A DNA stretch of 55,363 nt, filler included, from Jimgerdemannia flammicorona (Eukaryota), in the NCBI GenBank assembly GCA_003990765.1. It is 3 parts of 3 records of this genome, joined end to end, with 100 filler letters (N's around TTAATTAATTAA, not from the genome) between each part and the next. Parts side by side here need not be neighbours in the genome. Positions count along the whole stretch, not along the records: positions 18,491 to 36,879 come from RBNJ01002222.1; positions 36,980 to 55,363 come from RBNJ01002223.1; 1 more part is not named here. The stretch is one strand, 5' to 3'. The notes below the pieces were generated by a model that saw only the letters and a program-made list of their open reading frames with translations, was not told the origin of the DNA and did no database searches. How positions within the stretch are numbered: the first letter of the stretch is position 1; each line of letters starts with the position of its first letter. Made by a program: the position numbers and the translations under genes. This document shows positions 26,501 through 39,827 of this stretch, piece after piece.

Positions 26501-29108
26501 CTCTACTCCTACCAGTAACTCCTGATCCTCTATCTGACCTATCGACTGTAGCATCTCTAACCATATTGAAGTCCCCCCCCAGAATGTCCACCCCAGCTTC
26601 TGCCAAAGTACCATATTCTAGCAACTCTTCCATCCATGCCACCCACAGCCCTTGGACTACAGGGCAGTAGCAAGATCCCACTACTACTGGCCCCCACCCT
26701 GACCTTGTCCAAATCTCCCACATCAAATGTTCTCCCCATCCCCCAATGTCCTTTAGATCCCCTTTACCTTTGTAAATTAGAATTCCAACTTTCCCATACC
26801 AAACTACTATCCCTCTCCATTCCCATGTCTACTCCTGTTTATCTGCTTCTTTTTCACATCATACATCCTGTAGCAAAAACAAGTCAGCCTTTAGATTTTT
26901 AAGCCACTCAAAATGTTTCACCTTTGCACTGAGCTCCTTAACCCATTGATGTTGATCAAAAAAATGTTAGTTGTACTATTCATAATGAATAATGTATAGT
27001 TGAGTAATAGCTATTCCCTCTTATAATTCCAAATTCTATTCCATCTTAGATAAGTCCACTGTCCTCTCAGCTTCTACTTCAATTTCTTTATCTGCTTTAG
27101 CTTCTAATGCTGCCAAGACCTCCTGATCCACCATAGCCAGTTTGTCCTCCATCAGCTCCTTGTAATCCTCACATACATCCACCCATATCCTCCCACCATT
27201 CCAAGTACTCCAGCTCTCCACCACTTGTCTCCTAGCCTCTATCTTCAATTCCTTCTCCCTTATGGTATTTACTGCATATCTCTCAGCTTCCAACATTATC
27301 ACCAGGTATTCTGCCATTACCTTCTGTGAAATCCCAACACCCACCAGAATGTCACTCCATTCCTTATCAGTTACAACATGAAAGTCAAGACCTCCTAGTT
27401 CTTCATCTGCCAGTTCCATCAATATTCAGTTCAACCATAGTCTGCCTCCCAAATGCTCTCCTCCAGGAGTCCCAGATCTTTTCCCTACTGCCCTCCTCCC
27501 CTGTTGTCCAATACTTGCTGACTCATCCCACTTCTTCTGTGAAATATTCACCAGTTCTTCTTCCACAACTCCAACATGTCTTTCCTGAGCTGTATCTGGA
27601 ACCCCAAAGTGTACATTTTGCATTCCTTTCATCACTACATCTTCCCTCTCCTCTGCCAGCTTCCTATTATCCTCCTTGCTCATTTCTCAAAATTCATCTA
27701 CCCCTTCTTTTTCCTGCCTTTCATCTGACTTAGAGCATAGACTGACTGTTGGAAGCCCCCAGAGTCCATCTCCCCCTCAGTGGTCATCCAGCCTCCACTA
27801 TTCTCCCTCCTCTCAGACCCCTCCTTGAAGCTTACCAGGAGGTCCCATTGTCTCATCCTCCCTTGTTCTTTCTCCCAAGCCACCTTATCAACCTGTACCT
27901 TCTTATTGTTGAGCTCTACAATCACTTTCTTCTTCTCAAATAGCTTCCAAGCTTTCTGCTGTTGTTTAACTGCTCCCTCTATTTCCCAGAGTATTGTCAA
28001 CAAGTCCTCCTCATCCTCCTCATTCTCCTTAATTCTCAAGACTTTATACTCGAATGGTTTCCACTTGAGTACTCTGGGCCAGTCACCAGTCTTTCCTGTT
28101 ACCTCCTTCCCCTCTACCCTCAGTCTCACCTCAACATCTCCAGTCCTGAACACCATTCCCTCCCACATCTGAAAACTGATATCTACCACCTCTCTATACT
28201 CCTGCATCACCTTCCCAATTCTCTCCTTCATCTCCTCTATTGATACAGTTAGGATACCTTTGACCACTAGGTGTACCACTCTAGAGTCCCATTGCAAACA
28301 CCATGCCATTGACACTATGACTTCCCTAATCATCACATCTTTAGCCACTGCTACTGTCAGATGCTCCTCCTTGATGAATCCCACTTCAACTCCTTCCAGC
28401 CCTTTCAAAAACTTAACAGATACTACATCCCTAAGCTGCTTCCCCAGGATCGCCAATACTATCTTTACAGTCACTGCCAATCTATAGAAACTCAAGGTGA
28501 CTGTGAATTCTGAGATCAACTTCTTGAGCAATAGTGCTGCCACCAGTCCCATAATACCATTGGACAGATTGCCCCTATGTGTCCCACCTGAGTCTTCAGG
28601 TTTTCCCTTGCATCTCTCAGCAGTCATATCTCCTTTTTTTTTTCAGATTATCAGCTATCTGCCCATCAGCAGTCACCCCTCCATTTCCAGTCACACCTCC
28701 TCCAGCCCCTTTCTCTCCTCCAGCAGCCAGCACTCCTCCAGCCCTACCATCCTTCTCCTTCCCCTTTCCCACAGTCATCCATCTGCTGTCTCCATCTCTT
28801 CCTCCTCCTCCATTCTTCACTATAGCTGTAAAGCTCACCAGCCCTCCCACCCCAGCTGCCTTGCTCAAACCCTAGCCTCTCCCTGCCCATCCTCCTCCTT
28901 CTGATGGACCAAAGAACCCTGTTCCCATACCTATCCCTCCCTTCCCATACTGCCAGTTGAATGCTCCACCTTCTCCAGATCTAGTACACCCACCAGTTCC
29001 CTGTCTTGTTGTCATTTTCTTAGTTGCCTTTTGCAATAAACAGTTGAAAAGTGTATCAAAAAGTGTGCCAGAAATTGGTGTAACATGAGTGGTAGCTGAG
29101 AAAGGTGT
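23556..29108 (-). mobile_element. Degenerate near full-length LINE (ORF1 about 28950-27036; ORF2 about 26983-23560)
   Basis: Track ORFs 27698..28627 and 27036..27422 (ORF1), 26487..26726 (GGDFN), 26286..26480 (IDW, WSDHWG), 25146..25346 (DQEKAYDRV) and 24677..24880 (SKLWY). Conserved 5' motif at about 29108. Confidence 0.9.
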
Positions 29109-29109
29109 T

Positions 29110-29392
29110 TGAATTGAGGTTAAATTTGATTCAAAGTCGGATTTGAACTCTATTTTTAGAAATTTAATAACTTGACAAATATATATCCAAATTCAATGAT
29201 CTTTAGCTTGTTAGATTTCTCTTATATAGAGGACGTCAAGTTATTACATTTATAAAAATAGGGTTTGAATTGGACCCTTAATTTAATTTAAATTCAATTT
29301 GATTTGAACTCAATTTGAATTAAAAAATCCCCAATTCAATTTGATTTGAATGACCCTCAATTCAATTTGATTCAAATTAATTTGATTCATTT
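29110..29392. repeat. AT-rich segment with repeated AATTCAATTTGATT-like motifs and a degenerate arm related to the palindrome at 55059
   Basis: Several direct and inverted copies of the motif. TAACTTGACAAATATATATCCAAATTC...GCTTGTTAGA resembles TAACTTGGCGAAATGATGTCCGATTTT...GCTTGTTGGA. Confidence 0.5.
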
Positions 29393-29666
29393 GGGAGCAC
29401 TAGGAGGAACAATGAGACTCAGGAATGTGGTAATAGCATGGCTACTACTAAGAGGATCACTAGCAATAGAGATTGATATAAGGACTAGTGTGGGGAGCCA
29501 GCAAGAGGTTGGGCAGGATCTGTGGCCAGAAGGCTGGCAATGAGCAGGGATAGACAAGGAATAGGACTGGCATGATCTATGGACTTGGGGAGTAGAGACA
29601 AAGAAGTAGATTCCCCCCAAATTCTAGATAGTATAGTAGAGAGTACTGCAGTGAAATATTATATTG

Positions 29667-29672
<6 letters not shown>

Positions 29673-29702
<30 letters not shown>
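29673..29702. repeat. (TA)n microsatellite at the 3' end of a LINE
   Basis: About 15 TA units, next to a minus-strand AATAAA near 29716-29721. Confidence 0.9.
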
Positions 29703-29704
<2 letters not shown>

Positions 29705-32700
29705 CAATCTGAGACTTTATTCACTCATGATACTAGTTATTCATACATTTCTGTTCCATGCTCTCTCTATCTATCCTTGATGAGCTATTTGAAATATGCT
29801 TTAATTTATCATCCTACTCCTTCCTTCTATCTCACCCCTCCTTCCCCTAATACAAGTCTGCCTTGACTTACCTCTATTATCCTAATAACCTTCCTCAGTA
29901 CCATTTTACCTCTTCACCTACCTTGATACCACCATTCTTGTACTGTCTCCCTTATTACCTCTTTCCACCTTTTCACTAGATCCCCTGCTCCCAACTATAA
30001 GGCACCATTAAATACCCATCTCTAGTATATTGCCATCAACACCCATACCCCAATTATTCATTCTAGTCCTCCCCACATATCACTAATGTCACCAATAAGC
30101 CTTCTTCACAGTATAACAGCTACTGTCTCTCCTGCCCTCTCTTGATCATCTCTTCACAATATTTCAATCTGTCTTCAATAACCTTCTATCTCTCAGCAGT
30201 CCACCAATATATGCTCTAGTATTTGTACAAAGACTACCCCAAACTTCTTGTACTATTTGTATTCTTGGTGACCTTCTGTGTGCATCTAACCTGTTCTGTA
30301 TGTAAGCATTATATTTCTTCACAGAAATCTCCACCATACCACCCAGAACTTTGGTGGTATAATGAGTCTCATTCTATCAGCCTACTTCCAAATATTTCTC
30401 CATATCTATTCCTCACCAAATCCTGCCTTTTGCCAATCTACTGGCCATTTCTCCAATATGCTATCTCTCAGTCTTTCCACCACTTCATTAAGTAAATATT
30501 TCTCCAATTTCATTCCTCCAAAATAAATGTTCCTCAAATCTCACTTGACTGATTCTCTCTCCTCTCATTCTATCCCTTTGGGTCCTTTCATCCCCATGCT
30601 TATCTATGCTTCACCATTCTCCACCAAAACCTCTTAAACTGAAGCTATCCAACATTCTTTGTTCTGAGTATACTTCAGAAGTCCTGATTATTCTCACTTC
30701 TTTGGTAAAAACAAATTCTCTAATTGTCCTTAGCCAGTATTCCCCACTCCTCTTCACTAAGTTCTATCATTCTCTTTCCCTGCAGTCTTCAATGTTAAAA
30801 TATCCCAACTCACTTGAGGTCTTTTTCCTTTCCACAACTACTCTGTATTGCTTTCAAAAGTCTTTTAATCACCTATTCTGGGAAATTGAGATGATAGCCT
30901 AAATACCAAAGTTTGGAAAGTTAATAAATGTTCAAGATCAATACATACCCCATTAATAAAAGGTTCCTTCTAGCCCATCCTTTCAATATTGCCTTCTAGA
31001 CTTCGACTTTGATCTTCTATCAGTTATCCTTCAGTACCATTCCATATACTGAGAACCAAATTCCCAAGTATCTCACAGCCTCCCCTTTGGTCAAACCTTC
31101 CAACATCTTCTAGCCCTCCTCTAATGTTCATCATATCATACTTATCCTAGTTCAGCTTTATACTGGAAACTATCTCATAACTTCAATATTCTCCAATTTT
31201 CCCATTTCTATCATCATATCATCAGCAAAGACCCCTAGCTTCCAGTTGACTTTACCAAGTTGCAGGCCATGCATTCTCCTTCTCAATCCATCCAACAGTA
31301 GTTTCAATGATAGAATGTATAATAATGGAGATAGTGGGTCACCTTGTAGCATACCCCTGGATCAGTGATACAGATGCTGAGATACTGATACCTATAGCCT
31401 GAACAAGAAACCAGTCTTGGAAATCTTGTGGCTTATTGACTTGTGGAATACTTAGTAGGTTGATATGTGGACCAATAGGAAAAAGGGGGCAAAACTATCA
31501 CACTAGTGATGTATAGCAGCTGGAAGTATCTAGGGCAAACTCTTTATTACACCATTTATTTATAAGAATGGCTGCTTTTCCACCTCTCAAAAGTCCCACC
31601 ATCCTCTTGGTCTCCCCTGCTTCAAACCCCACCTTCTTCAGTATAGATTCTAAGTAGTTCCAATATACTCTGTCATAGGCCTTCTCCTGATCTAGAAAGA
31701 CCAGCCTTCTATTCAAATTCCTACTATAGTAACCTTCTAGAACATTTTGGACCCAAGCTATACTATCCTGAATTTGACAGCCTTTCACAAATCCTCTCTG
31801 ATCTCTACTAACAAAAGCTCCAATTTTCTCCTGTAGACATCTTACAAAAATTTTCGACACTAACTTATGATCAACATTTAGCAGCATTATGAGTTGCTAG
31901 TTTTTCCACATCCTCCTGTCTCCCTTATTCTTATATAATAGTGACACCAGTCCTAGTGGGCTATTATTAAGCTATTGTCTCTATACCAATACTACATTCA
32001 CCATTTCTACTAACCACCCTCCAAATTCCACTTGAAATTCTTTCCAAAATTCCCAAGGCAGTCTAGTCTATCCACTCTTAGGGAAGATCCATTCTGCCCA
32101 TTACCTAACATATTCTACACCTCCTCTATCATTACTGGATACAGGACTATTCTGCTAATGTTCTAGTCCTTCTGCACCTTCTAGCTATTTAGCATTAACT
32201 CTCTTTTCTCTTCCTCTTCTATCTGATTGTTTGAATTCATCTCATCTGATCACAGCTCTACCTATTTCTTCAAAATCTTTTTTATCATTTTGCTCTGCTC
32301 TGTTATCTCCTGCCCATCCTCACACAGTACTGCTGACCAGCTCTTGTATACCTCTCTAGCCTTCAGCAATTCTGTTAAGTACTTAGTAGGTCTTTCACTG
32401 TCTTCCAATTTCTGTATCCTCATTCTTGCTAGTAACCCATCAATCTTCTTCTCCTCTGCCACTCTTAGATCCTTCTGTAGCTCCAATATATCTCATGACA
32501 ATATCTCTCTTTCCTCCCAAGTCAAATGTGTGCCTGATTCTCCAGTTTAAATCTCAGGTTACTCTGCTTTCTTTCTCTTTCCTCACCTTTCTATTGACCT
32601 CTCCTATATCTTGCCAATAAGTTCCAGCCAAATGTTTGAATTTACTCCACCACTCATTAATTATTTGTCCTTTCTTCTGCTATTGATCCACCTCTCTCTT

Positions 32701-33504
32701 AGCAATTTGCACAAATTCTCCCCAAGATATTGTATCTTTTAATAAGCTGACATTCAGTCTCCAGCATCCACTCTCCTCTTTAGTCACTCTGAAAATTCCT
32801 CTTGCCTCAACTCCCCAATGGTCTGACCAGGGGCACCACTGTATGCCAACCTTATCAAAAATATTTCCCCAATATTCCCCAACAAGAATCCAGTCAATAT
32901 ATGTGCCTACAAGTCCCCCATCTACCATATGCTACCTTATAAATAGTCTGATCTCCTCTCTCTACTGTAATCAGATACCATCTACCAATTCCAATTCCCT
33001 TTCAATCTGTAGTCATTTTATCAATCCTATAGAGACTGCAATATCCATTCTTCCATCTGATCTGTCCAATTTCCTATCACATATCATATTGAAGTCTCTT
33101 CCTAATATATTGAAGTCAATATTCTCAAGTTCCTCTCACTGTAGCTATTTCTCCAGCAAGTTTTTATGCTCCTGTACTATTACCAGAAAATAACCAGATC
33201 TTACTATAAGTCCATCACCTTTTCTCTCTTTCAATTTACCCCATACCATTCTCTCCCCCCATTGTTCAATAGTTTCCTGCTCTCCATATTCTATTCCAAT
33301 TAAAATACCAACTTTCTGATTCCATCCTGAGCTTTCAAACCATTCTTTTTTCTATTGTTCAAAATCTTTCTCACTATAGGCTCTTACATTCTGAAGTAAT
33401 ACTATATTATATCATTTGCTTTTGAGCTATCTGAAGATCCTCCTCCTCTTCATCTCATTGTATAGTCCATTGATATTCAGTGATAATATTTGTAAGTTAT
33501 TCAT
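29703..33504 (-). mobile_element. Degenerate LINE ORF2 (EN+RT+C-terminal region), same subfamily as 18491-23555, ORF1 absent
   Basis: Starts MNNLQILSLNINGL at 33504. Track ORFs 32680..32928 (IDW, WSDHWG), 31498..31887 (DQEKAYDRV) and 31170..31352 (QGDPLSPLLY, FADD). Confidence 0.9.
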
Positions 33505-33529
33505 TATTAAAGTATGAAAATGTTCAGAT

Positions 33530-35825
33530 TTGGTCACCTTGACAGGATCAATGGAATCTACTAGAGATTTGGAAGAGGCATATAGTAATTTTGGGGAAAT
33601 CTATAAATATTAGTATAGAAGAGACTTAGGAAATAGACAATTCATAGATATATAGTGGCTCTGTTACTAAGGAGGACTCCTTCTAGTGTAATGTTACCTC
33701 TATATGTTCCAGCAAAGTGGGAAGAGAGATCAGCCTTTTTGAAAATACTGGCAATAGCTCTCCCTGAGGATCTAGGGATTCTAGCAGGAGATATCAATAT
33801 GGTGGAGAGTGGAGAACATAACTGATAGCCTCAGAGAGATTGGACACCTTCAGGACAGTAGCATAGATGGATGGAACTGATGTATGAGAGAGGACTAGTG
33901 GATGTACACTAGCAGCATTCTCCAGATGGACCTGATGAAATGACAAAATGGACTATCCATAACAGTGGGATGGTGGGTTCTAGAATAGACCAGATATATG
34001 CTAATGAGGAGTAGATAGAACTTATACCTGATTACTCAACTCTACACTGTCCCTACTTTGATCATGAAGGAGTACAGGGATACATTCATAAACCTCAGAA
34101 TAAGGAGATAGATAGTGGCTATTAGCAGCTCAATACAGTACTGCTGAAAAGGAAGGTGATTATTCAGAGATTTTATGATCAGTGAGAGATATATCTAGTA
34201 AGAAGAGAGGAGCCTATAGAGGAGTGGTGACAATTCAAGTCTTGGGTATAGACATTCTTTGTAGAGGAAGGAGAATATTTTTGACACTCCCAAAGAAGGC
34301 ACTTCAAGTGTCTAGAACATAGATTGTAGGAACTAACTACTAGGATCTCCAGAGAGAGTGTAATCTATATAAATAATGTAGCAGAGATACAAGTGCTAGT
34401 GGAAGAACTTCATATTAAGGAGAATGAATATATAGAAGAATTGCAAGTTAGAGCTTATGTGAGATAGGTGGAAGAGGGGTAGAGGTCTACTCAGTACTTT
34501 GCCCAGCTGATTGGTGCTAAGAGAGCTCACAAGAGCATGACAGGAGTGCTACTGGACAATAGAGTAACAATTGTCACAGAGACCCCAGAAATGGTAGCTA
34601 GGGCTCAGCAATTTTATGTATAGCTATATGGTGCTAGGGAGATAGAGACTGAAGCTGCAGAAGACTTGATGACATGTGTGAATACAAGAGTAGAGGCAGA
34701 GGCATAGGCCCAGGTGGGGTGGGTGATAACAGCTGAGGATGTCCTGGAGATTATTGGGAAGGGCAAGAAGAACAGTGCTCTAGGAGGTGATAGACTACAA
34801 TGGGAGTTCTATAAGATATTTGCTAAGACTATTGCCCCTATGCTGGCCAAGCTACTTATACTTATCATCCATGGTGAAAGTATAATACTAGATTCCTCCT
34901 ACATAGCTCATATCTCACTACTCTTCAAAAACAAAGAAAGGGAGAAGGATCTGCATAATTGGCAGCCAATTTCACTTCTCAACTATGACTAAAAGATTCT
35001 TACAAGAATACTGTCTGGCAGAGTACAGGGTGTGGCCTCCAGAATTATTCATACTAGCCAAATTGGGTTCATCAAAGGGAGACTCATTCAATACAATACA
35101 ATGATGATTACATAGATTCTTGATCATTACCAAAGGATTGGAGGCAAGGGTGCCCTTATAATCTTGGATCAGAAGAAGGCATATGACAAGGTGAACTGAG
35201 AATATCTGATGTTAACCCTATCATAGTTTGGTTTCCAGAAGAGTATCTGTCAAGCCATCAAAGCAACACTGGAACATCTATCTGCTTCAGTAATGGTAAA
35301 TGGATTTGTGAGTGAAGAATTCTCCATTGAGCAAGGCCTTCTCCAGGGTGACCCCATGTCACCAATCCTATATGACATTACTCTTGAACCAGTATTATAC
35401 TGTATCTGATAGAGAGTTGCTGAACTGGGAGTCCCCCTATCTCCATTCAAGCTGAGTACCTTTGTGGATAATATGGTAGTTGGTGTATAAGATCATAAGG
35501 ATGAGGAGAAATTAGTGGAGGTGCTGGGACTTAATGAAAGGGCATATAATGCTAAGCTGAACTATGGCAAGAGTGAGATACTTTGATTGGGAAGTACTAC
35601 AGAGGATGATATTCATGGTATAGGTGGTACTATAGCCCTGGAAGGAACATTCAAGTACCTAGGTATTACCTTCTATGCAAAGCCCTTCCTCTTTCTGCCT
35701 CCTTCTACAATAGTATCTTGAAGAATCTAGGCCTAATAGTGAAGAGCTGGCAGCAGCAGCACCTTTCCCTAGCTAGAAGAATACTAGTGGTAAACTCAAG
35801 GCTACTTAGCAAACTCTAGTATATA
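33530..35825 (+). mobile_element. Degenerate LINE ORF2 fragment of a third, more divergent family
   Basis: Motifs ILAGDIN, SRIDQIY, DH, NWQPISLLNYD, QIGFIKGR, LDQKKAYDKV, QGDPMSPILY and YLGI. Interrupted at LSKL*YI by the LTR at 35826. Confidence 0.85.
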
Positions 35826-36879
35826 TGTAAGCGGGTTACTTTTTAGAGTAACCGTTACATAGTTCTGGAAGGGTTTTCTGGAGGTTCTGGATATTCTGGA
35901 AGACCGTTTTCTTATGGTCAAGATCAATTTCGTATGGAGTATGTCCTCTACGCTTATTGATTTTAAAATCGGGTTGATGTCTCAACCAAAGTCCCTTTTC
36001 AGACTAGTTCTGGATGTTCAGGATTTTCCGTATTTCAGGAAGTTCAAGAAACTAAGACCAGCTTAGTTGAATTGGCATATCGCTGCAGACAATACCCAAT
36101 TAGGAAATTTCATGATGGGGTTAGGAGTAGGACCTAACAGGGAGCGGATTTACTTAAGAGTGGTTTGTGGGTTATGAAATAGGTTTATTTGCTATTCATG
36201 ATATTGCTATACTAGGAGTATTTATATGAAGGGGTATTGTGGGGAAGTGCTCAGGAGTTGTGTTCGGATTGTTCAAGTCTGAGATTCTGAGGTCTGGGGG
36301 AGGGGGTATTTATACTAGTGAGGGGCTATCTGGACTATGCTGAATATGGATGTAGCACTAAGTGCTTTGCTGAGTCGGAATGCAGTCACGTAGTACAAGT
36401 GTGATCTGACATGTCAAGAGATCGTCTGACTGCTGAGTCAGTTCACAGTCACGTCGTACAAGGCTAATCTATCTATACTATGACTGCTAGACTATTTATA
36501 GGTTTTAGGCACTATCTGGGTAGTCTTCGATGACATCACCATCGATTGCATCATCTCTGATGAAGTAGTCGTCTAGGAAAAGTGGTTCGCGGATTACTTC
36601 TCCTTGTTGGCTGAGGTAGTAATACATTGGGACTTCATCTCCGTCCCATAGGATAGCATCGTCTGTTTCGTATGCTGGGTAAGGTGTTGGTGGGCGAAGG
36701 ATTGGTGTATTGTCTTCGCTTTCGTCGGATTCGCTGTCTGCGTACCTTCTATAGGTTATGGCACTATGAGTCGCGGGGTTGTAGTAAGTTGGCGGCTGTG
36801 CTTCATATCGCTCGTACTCAGGTGGTGGGGTTGTGGGTTCGATCTCGAGGGTTGTCTGGAGGTACAGATTGTGTTCTCC
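35826..36879 (-). mobile_element. Family-1 LTR copy B (3' half, least mutated), cut by a gap
   Basis: Terminal TGTAAG at 35826. Reverse complement of about 1890-2928. Retains many CpGs and a stop-free C-terminal part of the LTR ORF ending DYPDSA*. Confidence 0.9.
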
Positions 36880-36979
36880 NNNNNNNNNNNNNNNNNNNNN
36901 NNNNNNNNNNNNNNNNNNNNNNNTTAATTAATTAANNNNNNNNNNNNNNNNNNNNNNNNNNNNNNNNNNNNNNNNNNNN
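36880..36979. other. Assembly gap with artificial TTAATTAATTAA linker
   Basis: N run with a centred linker. Confidence 0.95.
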
Positions 36980-37083
36980 AAAAAAAAATTTATCAATAAC
37001 ACGAAAATCTAAAAACACGGCCATCTTCCCTCCCGTCTATTCCCTCACACCAACTCACGACATCTTCGCACCACAATATCATG

Positions 37084-38717
37084 CTACACCGCTTGCTCCC
37101 CCATCACAAGAGGCGGCGTTCTCCTTAACACCTCCAACCTCTGCCCTGCCTGTGCATCTTGCTGCTCTGTCCTTCGTTCGCCCTCGACATTCTCGTTTAG
37201 CTCCATTGCCGTGCCGGTAGTGACGGCTTCCAGCTCTTCCTCGACATATTTGCGGCGGCGGAGATAGCTATACAATTGTGGGGTGCCGGAGTATTAGAAC
37301 CAAGGTGTAAGCACGCATATTGACCTGCGTTTTGTATTAGTAGATGGGGCTGAAATAGGACGTACCTTTTTGTCTGTGGTCGACACAGAACGTACAAGCA
37401 ATTGAGGAAGGGATTATTGAAATCGAACGGGTTCGGGAAATGTTGACGACGAACCATAGAGGCGCGGAGCTGGAGAGACAATAAAAAGCGGAGGAGTGTT
37501 ATGGAGCAGTCAGCAATTGGGATGTTCTCACTTTATCTCGACTAAATATCTTAAGCCCCTCTGTTTCAAACCTCATTTCTTTCCCACAAGCACTGAACAG
37601 TAAAAGGGTAAAGAAGTCCTCACCTGTTCGTGTGTCGTCACGTTCCGACTGATCAAGAACAAATGATACCCTGTCAACCCCCCCACTGACCATACCAAAA
37701 CAAAAGTGATGAACACGAGCACAAAGCTGACCGGAGCTTGCCCGATCGCCGTCCCAAACCCGTAACCAGGAGTTTTGGATCTGCCCTGCATATACAGGAT
37801 CACCACGTGCGCTAGTGATAGTGAAAGTACGTAAAGGCACATCACGGTAGCGGTGAAGATGAATGTGAAGAACGGACGATAGTTGCGGCGGCCGATGCAG
37901 TTGTTGAGCCAGATGCAGTGGTGGTCCTCGTTTTCTGCAAGAGAAGAAGGGCGCGAAGTCAAGGTCACGGGTAAAAACATTGCTCCGACCAAAAATCATC
38001 GGGGATAGATTGCACCTCCTCATTTTCTTCGCAAATAAATACAAAGTAGGCCCCATTGTTCGCCTTACTCACCGACACAATTATCGCACTGCCGACAATG
38101 ACTCGCCCTCGGCGGTCTGTAGATCTTACACGTCTCGCAATACTTGAGTCGGATGTTTGTATCTTTTACTTTGACGTCCTTGGGAAGTGGCATGTTGCGC
38201 GAAAACATACTGCCATAGGCGAATGAATTGCGGTTCGATGATACGAGTTCGTCAAAATCGTCTAGGGGCGGGGAAGGGTCGAGGTTGCGCGGAATGATCT
38301 GGCGAGAACCCGGAAACGGTAGGTTAGGTGAAGTCGCTAGGGGTTAAAGTAGGGAGTGAAGATATTAGGAAGAAGAGAATCGTTTACTAACCCCAGGATC
38401 GGTCAATGAGGTACGGAGCATGGAGGCAATGGCGAGGACAAACATGTACGCAAAGATAATTGGCAGAGCGGGGTGGATATTAGTCCAGAGCCATGGACAT
38501 CTGATGCGAATAATACCAGGGCGGGAGAGACGGAAATCAGGTTAGTTTATTGTAGGTCAATTCACAGAGGTGTGCCTCGCAAAATGAATCCCTATGCGCC
38601 TGACTATTGTTCTTCGCACTCAGCCCTGCCGACTATTCCATATTTCTGGAGTGTTACTAATTTCAGTCATCTCAGAAAACTGACGGTTACTCTCGGCCCG
38701 AATATTTTTCATAAAAG

Positions 38718-38748
<31 letters not shown>

Positions 38749-39827
38749 ACTCACGTAAACCCGGCAAACAGCCCACCGGGAATAAGCACCAAACTGAACG
38801 CGATCAAAAACGCCCAATGCTCTCGACTTGTCATCAGCCTCCCACCGCAGAAGAATACATTTCGACCTGGAAACACCTGATAGTTTCTCTGCCTCTTCCC
38901 TCCCCTCACCGTGGTCGAGTGACGCTGCGCGTTGGGCAGCGCGCTGACCGATATGGGACGCGACGAGGGGCGGGGCGGCCGAACGGTCTCGGTAGTGGTG
39001 CGCATCGAGTCACTAGGCTTGGTGGTGTCGCTTGAAGAGGCGGGATTGTACGGGTTGGCCGGCGTGGAGACGGTAGTGGCTACGGTGGAGGTGAGGGTAA
39101 GGGGGTCGGCGGTTGGGGAGGTTGGGGGAGATGCGGTCGCATGACTGGTGTGAACGGTGGAAGTGGTGTGGGAGGTGGTCGTGCCAAGGTCGTCAAGGTT
39201 CTCAAGGGACTCTGCAAGAGAAATCTCGGAAGGGTCCGACGTGTATCCGAGGGCGGTAACGGTGGCTTGGGGATCGAAAGGGATGTGAGGTTTGAGAACG
39301 GTGGAGCGTTTTGTGGAGGTGGAGCGGCGGATGACAGAGGAGGCAGGGGCGAACATGGTAGTGGGGTCGCCGAAGGAGGGCATGGAGAGACCTAGGGAGG
39401 CAGGGACTAGCTGGTCCGCGCCCACGGGATGATCAATCTCTTCGGAGGCCGATTCTAGGGATTGGTACAACGATGGGCTGGCAAGGCTGAGGGAGGCAAA
39501 TGCGGGAGAGGTTTGGGCACCGCCGAGCAGGGAAAAGGTAGTTTGGGGGCTAGTGATGTCGTCCATTGGGGAAGTGATGGTGATGGAGGCGCGTTGAGGT
39601 GGGGAAGGTGGGGAGATGGTGGTGGTTGGCGTAGGTGGTTCTCCAATATAGGAGAGATGACGTTGCTGGTTCAGGGAAGGGGAAGGTGGTGCGCGGGCGA
39701 GGATAGTGGACATGGACTCTTCAAATGAAGGGGAACCGATGATGCTCGCTCTTGGCCCCGAGGGTGCTGGCGGTGGTGTGGTATGGAAGAGGGGAGGTGG
39801 ACGAGATTTTGTCGGTTGTTCCGACAT
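37084..39827 (-). CDS. ERF2: DHHC-type protein S-palmitoyltransferase, ERF2/ZDHHC9-14-18-like; exons 39827-38755, 38500-38392, 38298-38073, 37934-37624, 37469-37366, 37267-37084
   Basis: The spliced translation through GT-AG introns gives [80 protein letters not shown] and NPFD. Splice phases are consistent. Confidence 0.92.
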
